Part shown: positions 26,607 through 40,739 of the stretch, in pieces
Layout: every line of letters begins with the position of its first letter
Position numbering within the stretch: the first letter of the stretch is position 1
Source: Chrysomallon squamiferum
Lineage: Eukaryota; Animalia; Mollusca
Direction: 5' to 3'
Length of the DNA stretch: 64,000 nt
Assembly (NCBI GenBank): GCA_012295275.1
Contig: CM022670.1
Location: 38,688,001 to 38,752,000, forward strand
Made by a program: the position numbers and the translations under genes
Notes under the pieces: model-generated
The model's database searches: none
What the model saw: only the letters and a program-made list of their open reading frames with translations
Told to the model about the DNA's origin: nothing

Positions 26607-29386
26607 ACTCGTGTATTAATAATTTTTAAAGGGTAATTAATAGTACGTCCAGTAGATTCGACATTAATTTAGATGCTCAGTGTGTCTTTGAAATTAAAAA
26701 AAAAAAAAAAGAAACAAAAAGAAGATATTTTAACACTATGAAGAATATGACAAAAGCACAAACCTATTTTTAGTGATTTTGATAGTTAACGTATTTTCTT
26801 TTAAATAAAATGGCAGAATTTTATATTTGTACATCCTTTGAAACGTAACTTTATACAGACATATTATTCAGAAAATCGCGTTGAGACTGAAATGTCCTTT
26901 AGACTTGGGTTTCTTCTGTAAACTATGACGGGACGTGCTATTACATGATTTTTCACAGTAGTAAGTTAAAATATTGTTCTTTCATGATTTTTTTAATATT
27001 AACTGTAAAGTATTGGGAATATTATTTTATCTTTCGCTTAACATTTGCCCGATTCAACATTTATTCCAAATGGATTTTGTGTTTGTGATTCAAAAGACTT
27101 CTCGTTCGAGTTTCAGAACGTCGGTTTCAGCTTTTGAACCGAGAATACGGTTTTTCTCTATTGGGATTACTTCAAAATGATCTGTCAATATATAGTCAAA
27201 GGTAGATAAAAAATATTTAGCCACAGGAATATCAATTTTATGTCTAATGTCATATTTGTGAGAAAAAAAAATCTAACTAGTATTATTTGTGTTTGGCCAC
27301 CATGCTGTTTTTTACGTAAGCTGCATGTGATAAAATACACAACATTTTTGAAATGACATTCTAGGTTAGTTCGAATGTGATAATCAGTTTTGGTTTGTTT
27401 CTCTACTGAATGTAGACTGAGACTTTATTACGTCATTAAGTCTGCATCTGGTCTTTTTGCAGAGAGCTGTAGACCTGGTAACCAAGAGAGATGGAAAATT
27501 ATATTGGACTTTAAATGGTTTAAATGTCTGTACTGAATCCAAGGGCTTTTCCCAAGGGTTTTTCTAATACCCTAACAGTTTGAGATTTAATTTTCCTTAG
27601 AAATCAAAATTAAATAATGTCTCGATTTCAGAGTGCAAAGCAAGACTGAAGAGGCATCATTAAAACGTTTTTTAAATTTTTATTGTTATTATTATTATTA
27701 TTTTTGTTGTTGTTGTTGTTGTGGAATTTAACGACTCGAGACTTAACAATACGTTTAAACGTATTGTGAGGATGAAATGGTTTGTAATGCGACAGTTGGT
27801 GGGTGTCTGTCGCTTTAAAAAATACTGTATAATATACATAATTCGATTTTTTAAACTAAATACATTTGAACATTGTTACGTTCAAAAAGTCTAGAGTCTG
27901 ATCCGATATCATGGCTTTACGTTTTATATTAACATTTCACTGATTTAATAAGTTTTTTTGGGTCCAAAATTTATCTTAAGGATGTTGCCAAATAATAAGA
28001 ATGTCATCTAATTATCTGATTATGTATGTATATATGTAACTATGTATTTATGTATGCATATATGTATCTATCTATGTATGTATGTAACTGATGTGTGTAA
28101 CTGATGTGGATAAATGTATGTATGTATGTATTTATATAAATATGTATGTACGTATGCATACCTGTATATAAGCAGGCATATAATGCTAGTAAGTATTGGA
28201 ATATATGTATTTATAACATTATATCTATAGATGTATTATATATATTTTTTATGAAATAAACATATAATTCTATATAAAAATCATATAATTTTTCATCATC
28301 GGAAATTGACCATTCTGAATTACTGACTTATATGAGAATATATTTTTTTCTATTATCAAAAATAATCTTTTATATATACATTCCCATTTACAAGAAAGTT
28401 CACAGAATCTGATAACCGATTACGGAGCAGTGTCTGAAACGGGATATAGTCTTGTGAGCGCAAGGAGAAAATGTCACGAGAACATTTTTTTTCTAATGAA
28501 TTTACAGTGAAGTGGAAATGAATTAAAACTTTTTTTTATTATTATCTATTTTTATTTATTTATTTATTTTTATATATATACAATAGTTACGGTAGACTGT
28601 AGAGTCATAAATAATAAATCTTAACCAATAAAACTTAAATTCTGTTTTAATTAAAACATTATTTCCATAAACAGTTTCACAAAATAATAATGAATAAAAT
28701 TAAAATATCATTATAACATAAAATAATATTAACAATATCAACAGTAGCACCAGAGCAACAACAAATGACAACGATAATAATGAAGTTAATAATAATGATG
28801 ATGATGATGATAATGATATGGCGTTTCTTAACATGTCTTACTTATCGTAGTGATAAAGATGCTCTAATATTTCTTTGTTAAAATATATTTGTACAGCAAA
28901 AATGTAATTCGTAATTTTCATCTAACCTGACGTTAAGTTATTGATTTCTAGGATGATTTATTTTATTTTATCCTCATCTTTAAACTAAAATCGGTTACCT
29001 TTCGTAAATTTCCATAACACTGGTTATTGTCTGTAACATTTAAGAGAATTTCTATTCACCATAATAATAAAAATAAGAGAACGAGACTTGTGTGGAAAAA
29101 AAAAAAAAAAAAAAAAAGAAGTAAATCCGCTTACTGTTAATTAATAGTATTGACTTACACAGATACAATGTGTCTAAAAACAGAGCGTATCAAAAATCAA
29201 AAGATGTGGGAAGTATCATGCATCAAGCCACACCTTTTAAACAGTGTAAATCACTAATGACATCTGTTTGTGTGGTCTGCAGGTTTGTGTTCTTTCCTCA
29301 AATCATGTTCAGGTATGTCCAACGATGCTGACCCATGTCAATGAACGTCAAAGTCGCGACAGCCACATCACTGAACAGACGTCGAC

Positions 29387-30360
29387 ATGACGAACAACAG
29401 TTCAGCGCTGACGACAATGTCCCACAAGGGCTCTGTGTTATTTAACAGTTTGATGTTGGCACTGAAAATCATCCTCATATTGATAGCTGTTGCTGGAAAC
29501 ACTCTGACTATCGCGGCCATCAGCAGATTCAAAGTTCTGCGTTATCCCAGCAACGTGATGATCGCATCCCTGGCAGTCGTCGATATTTTGTTGGTGGCGG
29601 TTTTCACCCCGTTGGTGCTTATCCGAGAAGCTATGCCGCATATTTTTGGAAACAGAATATCCTGTCTGGCCCTACTGTTTGTCACAAACAATATAGCTCT
29701 GGGGAGCGTCGCATTTCAGTCACTTCTGTCCATGGAACGATTCTACGCCGTTCAGTTTCCATTTCGCTATTACGAAAAGTCACGGTGAAACACAATTTGA
29801 TCTGGAGCGGGATTACCGTGGCGGTTATCGTTTTGATAACACTTCCTCAGCTTTGTGGAATAGATAACTGGTCTGAAAATACCGTCTGCTATTCTCCGTT
29901 GTTGCTGCCGCGCGAATTCACCAGATTTTATATCATCACGGTCCTCGTACTGCAGATAGTCGGATTTTTGGCTTTCTTGCGCGTTCTCTTTGCAGAGTTG
30001 ATGTTCAGACGACGCGAAAGACGCTTACAGGTTTCTGATTTGGAAAAGCAGACGTCGTCACAGACTCGAGTCATCTTGCTGGCTTACGGGGTTTCTTTGT
30101 GTTTGTATCTGCCTCACATCCTCTACTTCATGTGGGGCACGTTTTCTAAACACGCTTATGATCCAGTGATCCTGGGAATAATGCAGCTGTTGGATCTGTT
30201 CAATGCAGCCGTTAACTGTTTCATTTACGGGTTTAAGAACACTAAGTTCAGACAGATGTACGCAAAACTACTTGGACTGAAACACTCGCAAGTGGAACCA
30301 GTGACGACTAATTCAAACTACTACACACAACGCTTAAACTCGTGTATAAATCATTGTTAA
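29387..30360 (+). CDS. Class A orphan GPCR, copy 3, close paralog of copy 2 (1-nt frameshift at A-run 29775-29778)
   Basis: GAAAAGTC here versus GAAAAAGTT in copy 2; otherwise a complete 7TM. The stop homologous to copy 2 is TAA 30335-30337, which suggests a second indel near 30320. Confidence 0.9.
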
Positions 30361-33237
30361 GGAGTAATGTACGTTCAGCGTGCAGGTTGATTCGACCTTA
30401 ACTTACATGTTTCATTTTAATTAAAATAACCCGATTTTATATTCGCACATCCTACGAAACATAACCTTTATAGAAAACCAGTGTAAAATATTAGGATGAT
30501 TATTTTATCTTTTGCTTAACACTTGCCTCATTCAACATTTATTCCAGATGGTTTTTGTATGAATAATGTTCGAATTCAAAAGACTTCTTGTTCGAGTTTC
30601 AGAAGATCGGTTTCAGCTTTTGAACCGACAATACGGTTTTTTCTCTACTGGGATTACTTCAAAATGATCTGTTAATATATAGTCAAAGGTAGATAAAAAA
30701 ATATTTAGCCACAGGAATATCAATTTTATGTCTAATGTCATATTTGTGAGAAAAAAAAAATCTAACTAGTATTATTTGTGTTTGGTCACCATGCTGTTTT
30801 TTACGTAACCTGCATGTGATCAAATACACAACGTTATTGAAATGACATTCTAGGTTAGTTCGAATGTGATACTCAGTTTTGGTTTGTTTCTGTACTGACT
30901 GTTGACTGAGACTTTATTACGTCATTAAGTCTGTAGCTGGTCTTTTTGCAGAGAGCTGTAGATCCGTTACCCGAGCGAGATAGAATATTAAATGTCGGTA
31001 CTGAATCCAAGGGTTTTTAAATTCTCTAACAGTTTAAGGTTTAATTATCCTTAGAAATCATTTTAAATAACGTCTTGATTTCAGAGAGCAAAACAAGACC
31101 GAAGATGCATTTAAATTTTTTTTCTTTCTTTGTCTATTTTTCTTTTTTTTTTAATATTTTTTGTGGGTTCTCAATACTGTATTTTGTAAATAATTCGATT
31201 TTTCAAACTATATACCTTTGTAAATTGTTACATTCAAAAAGCCTACAGTTTGATCTGATGTTATGGCTTTAAGTTTTATATTATCATTTTACTGATTTAA
31301 TAATTAACTTCGTTTTCCCAAAATGTGCTTTAGTATGTTTCCAAATAATAAGAATGTCATCTAAATATCTAATTATGTATATATGTGTGTATGTAACTTT
31401 GTATGTATGATGTAACCATATATGTATGTATGTATGTATGTATTCATACCTGTATATAAACACGTATTTAATACAAGTAAATATTTGAATATATGTATTT
31501 ATACCATATTTATAGATGGTTTTTTTATATATATATATTTATGAAATAAAGATATAATTCTATATAAAAGTGATATAATTGTTTCATTATCGGAAATTGA
31601 TCATTCTGATTTATATATAACGTTTCTTAATTTGTCTTATTGACCGTAATGATAAAGATAATATTTCTTTGTTAAAATATATTTGTACAGCAGGAAATAT
31701 TTCATTATTTTCTTAATTATCATCTAAATGATGATAAGTTATTGATTTCTAGGGTGATTTATTTGATTTTTTTCCCCTTGCCTTTAACTAAAAATCGGTT
31801 ACCTTTCGTAAATTTCCATAGCACTGGTAATTCTCTGTAATATTTAAAAGCAGTTCTGTTCACCTTAGTAATAAAATAACAGAACGCGTTTTGTGTATTA
31901 ACCCCACCCCCCCAAAAAAATGTAAGTTCCTTTTCCAACATGTTTGTTCAACATACTTTTACTATTGGTTGGACAGAATTATATTTTCGTAATAAGAAGT
32001 TATTTCACTGCAGTTGTAACTTATTTACAGCAAAGGAAATATTTCCATTTAATTTTATTAATTAATCAAATCAAATATGATGATTCAAAACAATTATTTA
32101 TTTACATATATTTGTTTTGTTTCGGTATTCTTATTAATTCATTTCATATAATTATGAATTTAATTTAAATATATCAAATTCTTTCAATATATGATAATTC
32201 CGGCAACAAACCGATCAAGCAAGGGAGGTAACTATAATCACGCTAATCGCCGGATGCAGTAAATATCCAGTTTTTGTTCTTTCAAATCTTTATTTATTTA
32301 TTTAGTTTATTTGTGGAAGATGTAGTGTATATCTGAAATAAATAATACCATTACGTTATTATTGTTCTGCTGTTTCAACGATAAATTTGTCTCATTTTCA
32401 CAATACAATAAAGAATTTTTTTTTATTTTTGTTATTTTTTTATAGAGAAACGTTTGAAATCCTTCATCCTTTTTTTATATTTATTTTTTCTCGTTGGTTT
32501 CCTGTTGCCTCATAATTATATAATTTGTTATCAATCTTCCAAAACAACTCATCTGTGCTTTAAAATATAATTATATATTTGTGACACTGACCAGACATTT
32601 AGAACCTTTGTTTTAAAAAATCGTCATCCTGCTATTGATGCAAAAGGGATTTTTATTTGTCTCTAAGCGTCTGCTGTAAATCTGAATAGCTGAAAAATAA
32701 TATTGCAGTTCTTTCCCTTTGTCTTTGTTTTCAGTTAAAGTACCCACATAATAAGTATCTGTTAAAATTTCATATTTGTTTGTTTGTGTTTCTACCAGAA
32801 AATCATTTCGTAGTCAAAATAGTATTAGAAAAATTGTTATTCTTAAAGCCAAAGTGTTATAATTTTCGAGTTATGAAAAAAATAAAAAATGATTTAGTAA
32901 ACTATATATAATTTTTTATTTAAAAAACAAAACAAAGAAAGGGCTAGCATTTTGAATAACTTATCTTTTGGAGAGAATTAAAAATTTGATGAATGAAACA
33001 AAATATAATAATATAATAATGTGTTTGTGTCATCCATGCAGAGTCATTCTGATAATAAGTGCTCTTCTCATCTAATCTGATATTTTTTTTATGACAGTAG
33101 ATGCCTAACAGTGAGTCACTCGCTTCCTGTAGCGCTTTGATATTTAAAATTCTGCACGCGGAAAATCTGTCTGTTGGAAGAGTTATTTTCTTTTAATCAT
33201 ATATGGCTCTTACGTTAAGGAAATCTAGCTGCACCTG

Positions 33238-33279
<42 letters not shown>

Positions 33280-33466
33280 TTAATTTTATTAATGGTGTAA
33301 TAGTAAATATATGTTTGTATGTATGTATGTATGTACAACGTATAATTTCTGGCAAATACAAAGAATTATATGTAATTACGTGAAAGTAAAGGCTAAAATA
33401 ATTTTTGAATTGAAATGATAACAAAAGTATACATGTATTTCCATAATAGTGATGATGATGATGATG

Positions 33467-33503
<37 letters not shown>

Positions 33504-33601
33504 CAACAACAACAATAACAATAATACACATACATAAAAGCACACACACACACACATATATATATATACAAATACAAAGAATTATATGTAATTACTGAAA
33601 G

Positions 33602-33651
<50 letters not shown>

Positions 33652-34556
33652 AACAAGACAAATTGTTTTCCTTTTATCTGTAACGATTTAATTACAAGGA
33701 AACGATTCTCCAAAATGAAGATAATTTTATAATTAATTTTCAAAAATTAATTTACTTCAAGGAATTTTTTTTTTCATTTTCTTTATTTTGTTTAATCACT
33801 AAAAGCTGTCGTAAAAGTCAGTTCTAAAAATAAAGGTGAACTTAGAACATACTTTTAAAAAAATTAAATAATCGCAATAATGAATGCTCAAAGAAATATT
33901 CAGGATAAACTTTGCGTCTGCATTTAAATGGACAAAGCTCACATCATTTAATACGAATAAATATAATAACCGTTATATTTAATTAATTAAAAAGTAAATA
34001 GAATATATATATATTTTTTAATGAAAACCGCCATTAAGAACATGCTATAAATAGCCTCGTTTTGATATGAAACAAAACGCGGTAAAATATTGGTTGACAC
34101 ATTAAGCTAATTTTTCTGAGAAAAAAAAAACCAAAACCAAAACCAAAAACCAAAAAAACAACAAAAACATGAACAAAAAAAAAAATAATAATAATAATAA
34201 TAAACACAAAAAACACAATACTAAAATAAAAGACAATAGAATTTATGTATAAAAATAATAATGAAAAAGTAATAAAATATTGCCAGTGCTGCTGTAAATT
34301 ATTAAAATATTGACTAAATAATTAGTTGCACGCTCGGACGGGTATAGATTCATTTTTGTATTTAAGCCTGCTGCGTATGTCGTTATATTTGAGTCTTAAA
34401 TAGTAACTCGTTTTTTTGTTTTTTTTTTTTTTTGTAAACCATGAAAATACGAGCTCTTTCATGTTATCATACACGGCAAGAAGTTAATTTACAAATACGT
34501 CTAAATACAAATACACTAACACATCAGAGAGGCTCGTAAATATACAATATGAATGG

Positions 34557-34671
<115 letters not shown>

Positions 34672-35322
34672 ATAATAAAATATATTTTTATAATGTCTCT
34701 GAACTTTAACACCTTACATCTCAAAAACTACATTTACATCATTAAAGATAAGGATATTGTCAGTTACTGACCAAAATTTTGAGCTACCATCTCTAGTAGT
34801 TTAATTATTTCTGATCAGGATTGAATATTATTTTGAATATTATATTACCAAGTAGAGCAGATATTTATTTTTGTTTTCTGTTTGGGAAAAAACGTGGTTC
34901 GTATTCACGTACTTTTAGATTTTTAGCTTCTACAAACTGCACACAATATCCTTTGGGCATTTTTTTCCCGTTCAGGCTATGCCTCAAGGAAAACTTGTCT
35001 GAGATTAACGGTATATTATTAAGCGACTTTTCTTTTCTGTTTTAACTGTCATTACGCAATGATTTGAAATACCTTTTAACCATCATTCCAGTATATAATC
35101 ATACATCCGTTCCATCTGCTTTCAGCAAAAAAATTCAGATGAATTCAGAGATACATTTATGTAAAATGTAATAATAAAATTTTTTTTTTCCCTCATATAT
35201 TTTTTTTGTGAATGTTATTTCTCGAATGCAAAATCATCATTTGGTCATTGCAAAATAATCTTCTGAACTATGGAATAGAAAGTTAATAATAATAATAATA
35301 ATAATAAAATAAAAAAATAAAA

Positions 35323-35353
<31 letters not shown>

Positions 35354-35894
35354 TATTATTATTATTATTACGAATACTACTACTGCTACAATTTTGTATA
35401 GAATATAATTACATATACTGAAGATAATTGGTTCCGTGCAGTGTAGACGTTACAACTCTGTTTTCTTTCGTCATAACAATTCCATGGCTTCATTAGCTCG
35501 AATTCACGAAAAAGAAAAAAGAAAAAAAAGGGTTTTTAGATATTGTTTTGATTTTATATTCACAAATAACGGATTTTCCTTTATGGATTGGAATATTGAA
35601 CTATGTCTGTGATTATTATTTAAAATCCATTTGCTTACATTCTTCACGATAAGATATTGATAAATTCTTCAAAAACATCCATTATAGTAATATCTTCCAT
35701 CGAATCATAAGGAGGTATATATATATGTTTTTTGCCCAATCATAAGCAATAGTTTCACTGAGCTTGTCAACCTGGTATTTTATAAAATGACTGGAGATTA
35801 AAACGTAGCGGGAACATTTTCACTACGCTTGTTACCCGGGTATTTTATAAAACGACTGGGCATTAAAAAGTAGCGGACAATTCAGAATGTGACA

Positions 35895-36843
35895 ATGGTT
35901 AACCATACAGATTCGTTTACTGAACAACTGGTTGATATGCGTGTGTTTAACATCTTCATCCTAATTTCGAGTTTGTTACTCATTGCCGTTTCAGTCTTAG
36001 GAAATATCTTGACAGTAACTGCAATCTGTCGATTTCGTTACTTGAGATACCCCAGCAACGTCATGGTAGGGGCTTTGGCCGTAAGCGATGCCACGATGGC
36101 TTCCGTATTCACGCCAATGATGTTAGTAAGAGCACTGGATCCAGTCATCTTTACTAAAAGAACATCGTGTGTGATTTTGGTCTTCCTTGGACAAACTATC
36201 GGACAGGGCAGTGTTTTATTCCTTGCGCTTATGTCCTTAGAAAGATTTTGTGCCGTTCAGTTCCCGTTTTTCTATTATGCACATGTAACAGTGAAACGTA
36301 ATATGGTTTTAGTTATTTGTACTCTTATGGCAATAATAATCCTGAACGTGCCGACGGTGTGCGGAATCGACTTCTGGGACCAAGTCTTGGTTTGCTACGC
36401 TCCAAACTTCTACCCCAAAGCCTACATTACGGTTGTAGTCGTTACAGCTCTAACCGCTCAGCTTGTAGGCTTTTTGGCTTTCGTTCGAGTGTTGGTAGCA
36501 GAACTCTATTTCAGACGTCAAAATAGAAACGTGCAGGTTTCGGACACGGAAAAACAAGCGTCGATAAATTCCACGGTGATGATTTCTGCGTACGGGATAT
36601 CGCTGTGTCTTTACCTTCCGCATATTTTCTACTACATGCTTGCTACAATTGCAAACATATCGTATAATGACATTATACTGGGGCTCATTCAACTGCTCGA
36701 TCTGGTCAACACGACGGTAAACTGTTTTATTTACGGGTGGAAGAACAGTAAATTCAGAGAGGCTTACAAGACACTGCTGTCCTGTGGTAAAAAGATTTCG
36801 TGTACAACCTGACAATTCCATCACACAAACTGCGACTGCTTGA
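35895..36843 (+). CDS. Class A orphan GPCR, copy 4 (subgroup B; extra A near 36790 alters the C-tail)
   Basis: 7TM with GN, LAVSD, ERFC, CLYLP and NCFIY. The ORF stops at 36812, but the paralog-matching tail RFRVQPDNSITQTATA* ends at TGA 36841-36843 in another frame. Confidence 0.92.
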
Positions 36844-37702
36844 ATGTCACAGTCATATTTTTTCAAACGTTCATTTATCATCTGTAATGAAATTCTCGGA
36901 AATATCACAGTGAAAACGTTCTGTTTGAACAATAACTGTTTATCACTGAGGTACAATCACTCGGATACACCCACGTTTAGTTATTATACATTTACAGATT
37001 TCAGTTTGCTCTGGAAAACAGTTTTTAAGTGATGTGTCAGTTAATTCCAGCGTCTGATTTCACTCTGAATATCACGAATGGTCGTTTATTTAAAAGAAAC
37101 AAATCAAATCTTTAATCCTTTTACTTATATATTTGTGTGTTTATGTGTGTAATGAATTCTTATTTAATGAATTATTTTCAGAGAAAAATAGCAACAAAAA
37201 GTTTATTATTGTTGCTGTTGTTGTTGTTGTCATCATCATAATCATAATCATAATATTACGACAAAGAAGACTTACTATTTTGAAAGTTCTTTAAACGACG
37301 ACATCTTCATTTTGTAAACAAAAATTGTACTATTTGTCTAAAAATCATATTAAACTGTGTTAGTTACTATATTGTGGGATGTCATATAATTAGTAGAAAA
37401 AAAAGCTAATGTATATAGTTAAGGTTTAGTTTTGTTTTTAAAAAGAAAATCAATCACATTTTGTTCTTTTAAAAAAATGTGTGTGAGAAAGATAATTGAA
37501 AAAAAAACTCTTTTTTGTTTTAAATGAAATTCAATCACATTTTGTTCTTAATCTATTATTTTTATTTTCAGTATATTTTTTCATTGAAAAACATTCGGAC
37601 AAAATATCGATTGAAATAATAGAAACTATTAAATTAATCTTTTTTAGGAGTTGTATCCCAGTAGTAATTTTTGAGTCTCACACAAGAAGTTTGTTCCATA
37701 TG

Positions 37703-37747
<45 letters not shown>

Positions 37748-37932
37748 CTTTTGAACTACCCTCTATACCGTTGTGGTTGTCATCATCATCATCATCTTAT
37801 TATTATTATTATTGTTGTTGTTGTTGTTGTCGTCATAGTAACATTAATACATCATAGCAGTAGTATTCTGAAAATTGCCGTTCCAATATTTTCGTGTAAC
37901 TGACAGTTTTAAACCAAAGTTATTTATAATTA

Positions 37933-38667
37933 CAGTAATACCTCGCTTAACGATCTCTCGCTTAACGATATCCCGCTTTAACGATCTTTTTTTTTTTTTT
38001 TTTTTTTTTTACAAATTATATAAATAAAAATATAACTGTTAATTACTCGAAATAAATGGTACAAATGGGTACAATGCACGTGTTTAAGTCCGTTCGTTTT
38101 TCGCTCGTGTTTCGTTCAATCACGCGCTAAAGCTTCCTTCAGCTGTTTTGATCAGTTGACATGCAGACGTCATACGTGCCTGTGGGCTTCAGATTCTCTC
38201 TTCTCTTCTGTTTCCATTTAGACTTAACGCTTTTGTAGTTTACCCTTCCAATATGTCAACACAAACAGACAGTAAGTACATCGGCGAACGCTGATGTTAA
38301 AACGAAACGGAAGTCAATAACTTTAGAAACAAAATACGATATCTTAAATGAACTCAAAATACCTACAAAAAATGAACCCACAGTGAGTGCCATATACTTA
38401 TATCTTAATCTATTGGTATGAACTGATTGGTAAATGATTTACTGATTCAGTAATATCTATGATCTATTAAATAATTTTTGTCTGAATTGCAGTTTTATTT
38501 CTCCTTATTTAACTTTTTGTTTTATTTGTTATGTCATATCTCATCAGCGAGAACGTAACAATTGTTTTTAACCTTGATTAGATCTAAATTAGACTCCTGC
38601 TTAACGAAACCTCACTTAACGATCGGAAGTTTGGAACCAATTACATCATTAAACCGAGGTATTACTC
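37933..38667 (+). mobile_element. Internally deleted pogo/Tigger (Tc1/mariner superfamily) DNA transposon
   Basis: TIR CAGTAATACCTCGCTTAACGAT versus ATCATTAAACCGAGGTATTACTC, with TA on both sides. Repeated CGCTTAACGAT subterminal motifs at both ends. A remnant at 38281-38366 translates to SANADVKTKRKSITLETKYDILNELK, resembling the CENP-B/Tigger N-terminal HTH. The empty site is visible in the paralogous flank at ~42210-42250. Confidence 0.88.
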
Positions 38668-39624
38668 TATTAAGTATTCTTTACAGCGAAATTTTGTTTT
38701 ACCGACAAAAAAACAAATAAATAAATAAATAAAATAAAGAGAGAGAAAAAAGAAGAAAAAAAAAGAGGAGAAAACCTAAATTACACATCAAACGTGCACT
38801 GAAGTATAGGAGTTAATCTTTCTAGAGAAGTTAAGAAGACACTAGTGTGTAAAATTTTAGAATCAAACTACGACAAAGATGACTTATTATTTTGAAAGTT
38901 CATTATAACGGAGTTTAGCATTTTTGTGATTAATTTGGCATCTTCATTTTTGTTAAACGTAAACTGTATTGATTCCTGTCTAATACTGTTACTTTATTCA
39001 CGGATCAGATTATATAGAGAATGTATATCGATCGTTCATACAACAATAATGGAGTTTCTAAACTGAAAATGTAGACGACATTTTAAACGTGGTATTAAAC
39101 AAAAATGTGAGAAAGATAATTGAAATGTAGGTATAATAACATTTAATGAAAAAAATCTATGTTTTGTTTTAAATGAAACTCAGTGACATTTTGTCACATT
39201 TTGGTGTTAATCTATTATTTTTACCTTCAATATATTTTTTTCACAGAAAAATATTCGGACAAAATATCGACTGAAATAGTAGAGGCTATTAAATTAATCT
39301 TTTTTAGGAGTTGTATTCCAGTAGTAATTTTTATATCAAAAAAAAAAAAATAATAATAATAATAATAAAAAATAAACAGAAGTAAAAAATAATAATAATA
39401 AAAAATAAATAAATAAATAAATAAATAAAAAATAAATAAATAAATAAAATAAAATAAAATAAAATAAAATAAAATAAAATAATAATAATGAATGAATAAT
39501 AAATGAATAAATAAATGGGAAAAAAAATTATAATTGTAAAGAAAATTAAAGAAAGAAAAAAAAAAAAAATGGGAAAAAAATATACAGCATTATTTAATTC
39601 AAAACTAAAATTAAAGAAAGTCTA

Positions 39625-39810
39625 AAATCTTGGATTCGGCAAAAGGTAATCCATATCACAGGATGGCGGAGGTTATCGAAATTAACCACGATGACGTTAT
39701 GACGTCAATAATAGACAAACGTCATTATATGGACAGTCGAAGTTTTTTGCAGCTTGATAAGAATTTGCTTGTTCAGAATTTCGTAATGGAGGCATGAACT
39801 TATTAGTTTT
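39625..39810 (+). promoter_or_regulatory. Conserved CRE-containing block (putative promoter/leader exon) upstream of GPCR copy 5
   Basis: CGAAATTAACC..ATGACGTTATGACGTCAATAATAGACAAACGTCA, with TGACGTCA at 39700-39707. Homologous blocks lie at ~45515-45715 and ~49400-49590. Confidence 0.5.
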
Positions 39811-39982
39811 AAAATAACAGAATGATTTAACTCTTTCAAAACTCAACATCATTTTACACCATAAATTATTTTTTATTGTGCTTGCATTTATAAAGAATAA
39901 TTATTATGTTTCTTTCCATTTTATTTGTTTGTTTGCTTACTTGCTGCGTATTATCATCATCATCAGAATAATCATTATTCTT

Positions 39983-40025
<43 letters not shown>

Positions 40026-40386
40026 GTGGTCATACGGATGAAGACGAATATGATAATTTAAACAGTTATCAATACCATGAGGATAGATTAATCAGAATGC
40101 AGACATATAATACGTCATATATTTCACTGTATATTTATCATTTACAAATACTTTTGCTTACAATTTTGCAAATCTGGGCTTTTCTTCCCCACCTGAATAT
40201 CATTACTACTATTCTATTACTGTTATACTGCAACTGCTACCACTACTACAGTTACTACTAATAATAATTTTGCTATCACCACCACCACAAAAGCTACCAA
40301 TATTACTACTACCATTATGTATGGAACATAATTATATTGTCTTTACTCATAACAACTCCATAGCTCCTTCAGCACAAATTCACGTA

Positions 40387-40421
<35 letters not shown>

Positions 40422-40739
40422 TACTAATAAACAGGTTAATAAATAAATAATGAATTTCTTTATTCACAAATAATGGATTTTCTTTTATGGATTGGAATAC
40501 TAAACTATGTTTATCATTATTATCTAAACTCTACATCCTTACATTCTTTTCGCTAAGATATCGATACATGTTTTAAAGAACGCCCATTATCATAATATCT
40601 TCCATCGAATCATAAGGAGGAACACGTATATAAATATTGTTTTATCCAATCCTAAGCAACATTTTCACTACGCTTGTTAACCTGGTACTTTATAAAATGA
40701 TTCAACATTAAAACGTAGCGGACACTTGAGAATGTGACA

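Larger units (their letters stand above)
25450..31900 (+). repeat. Tandem segmental duplication carrying GPCR copies 2 and 3 (period ~3.7 kb)
   Basis: Upstream TGTCTAAAAACAGAGCGTATC..AAATCAAAAGATGTGGG at ~25452 and ~29172. Downstream flank ~27020-29090 matches ~30500-31895. Confidence 0.9.

Noticed and set aside
36450-36956. 168-aa antisense ORF over GPCR copy 4 (and short alternative-frame ORFs in other copies)
   Set aside because: Shadow of the sense CDS; not retained at full length in the paralogs.
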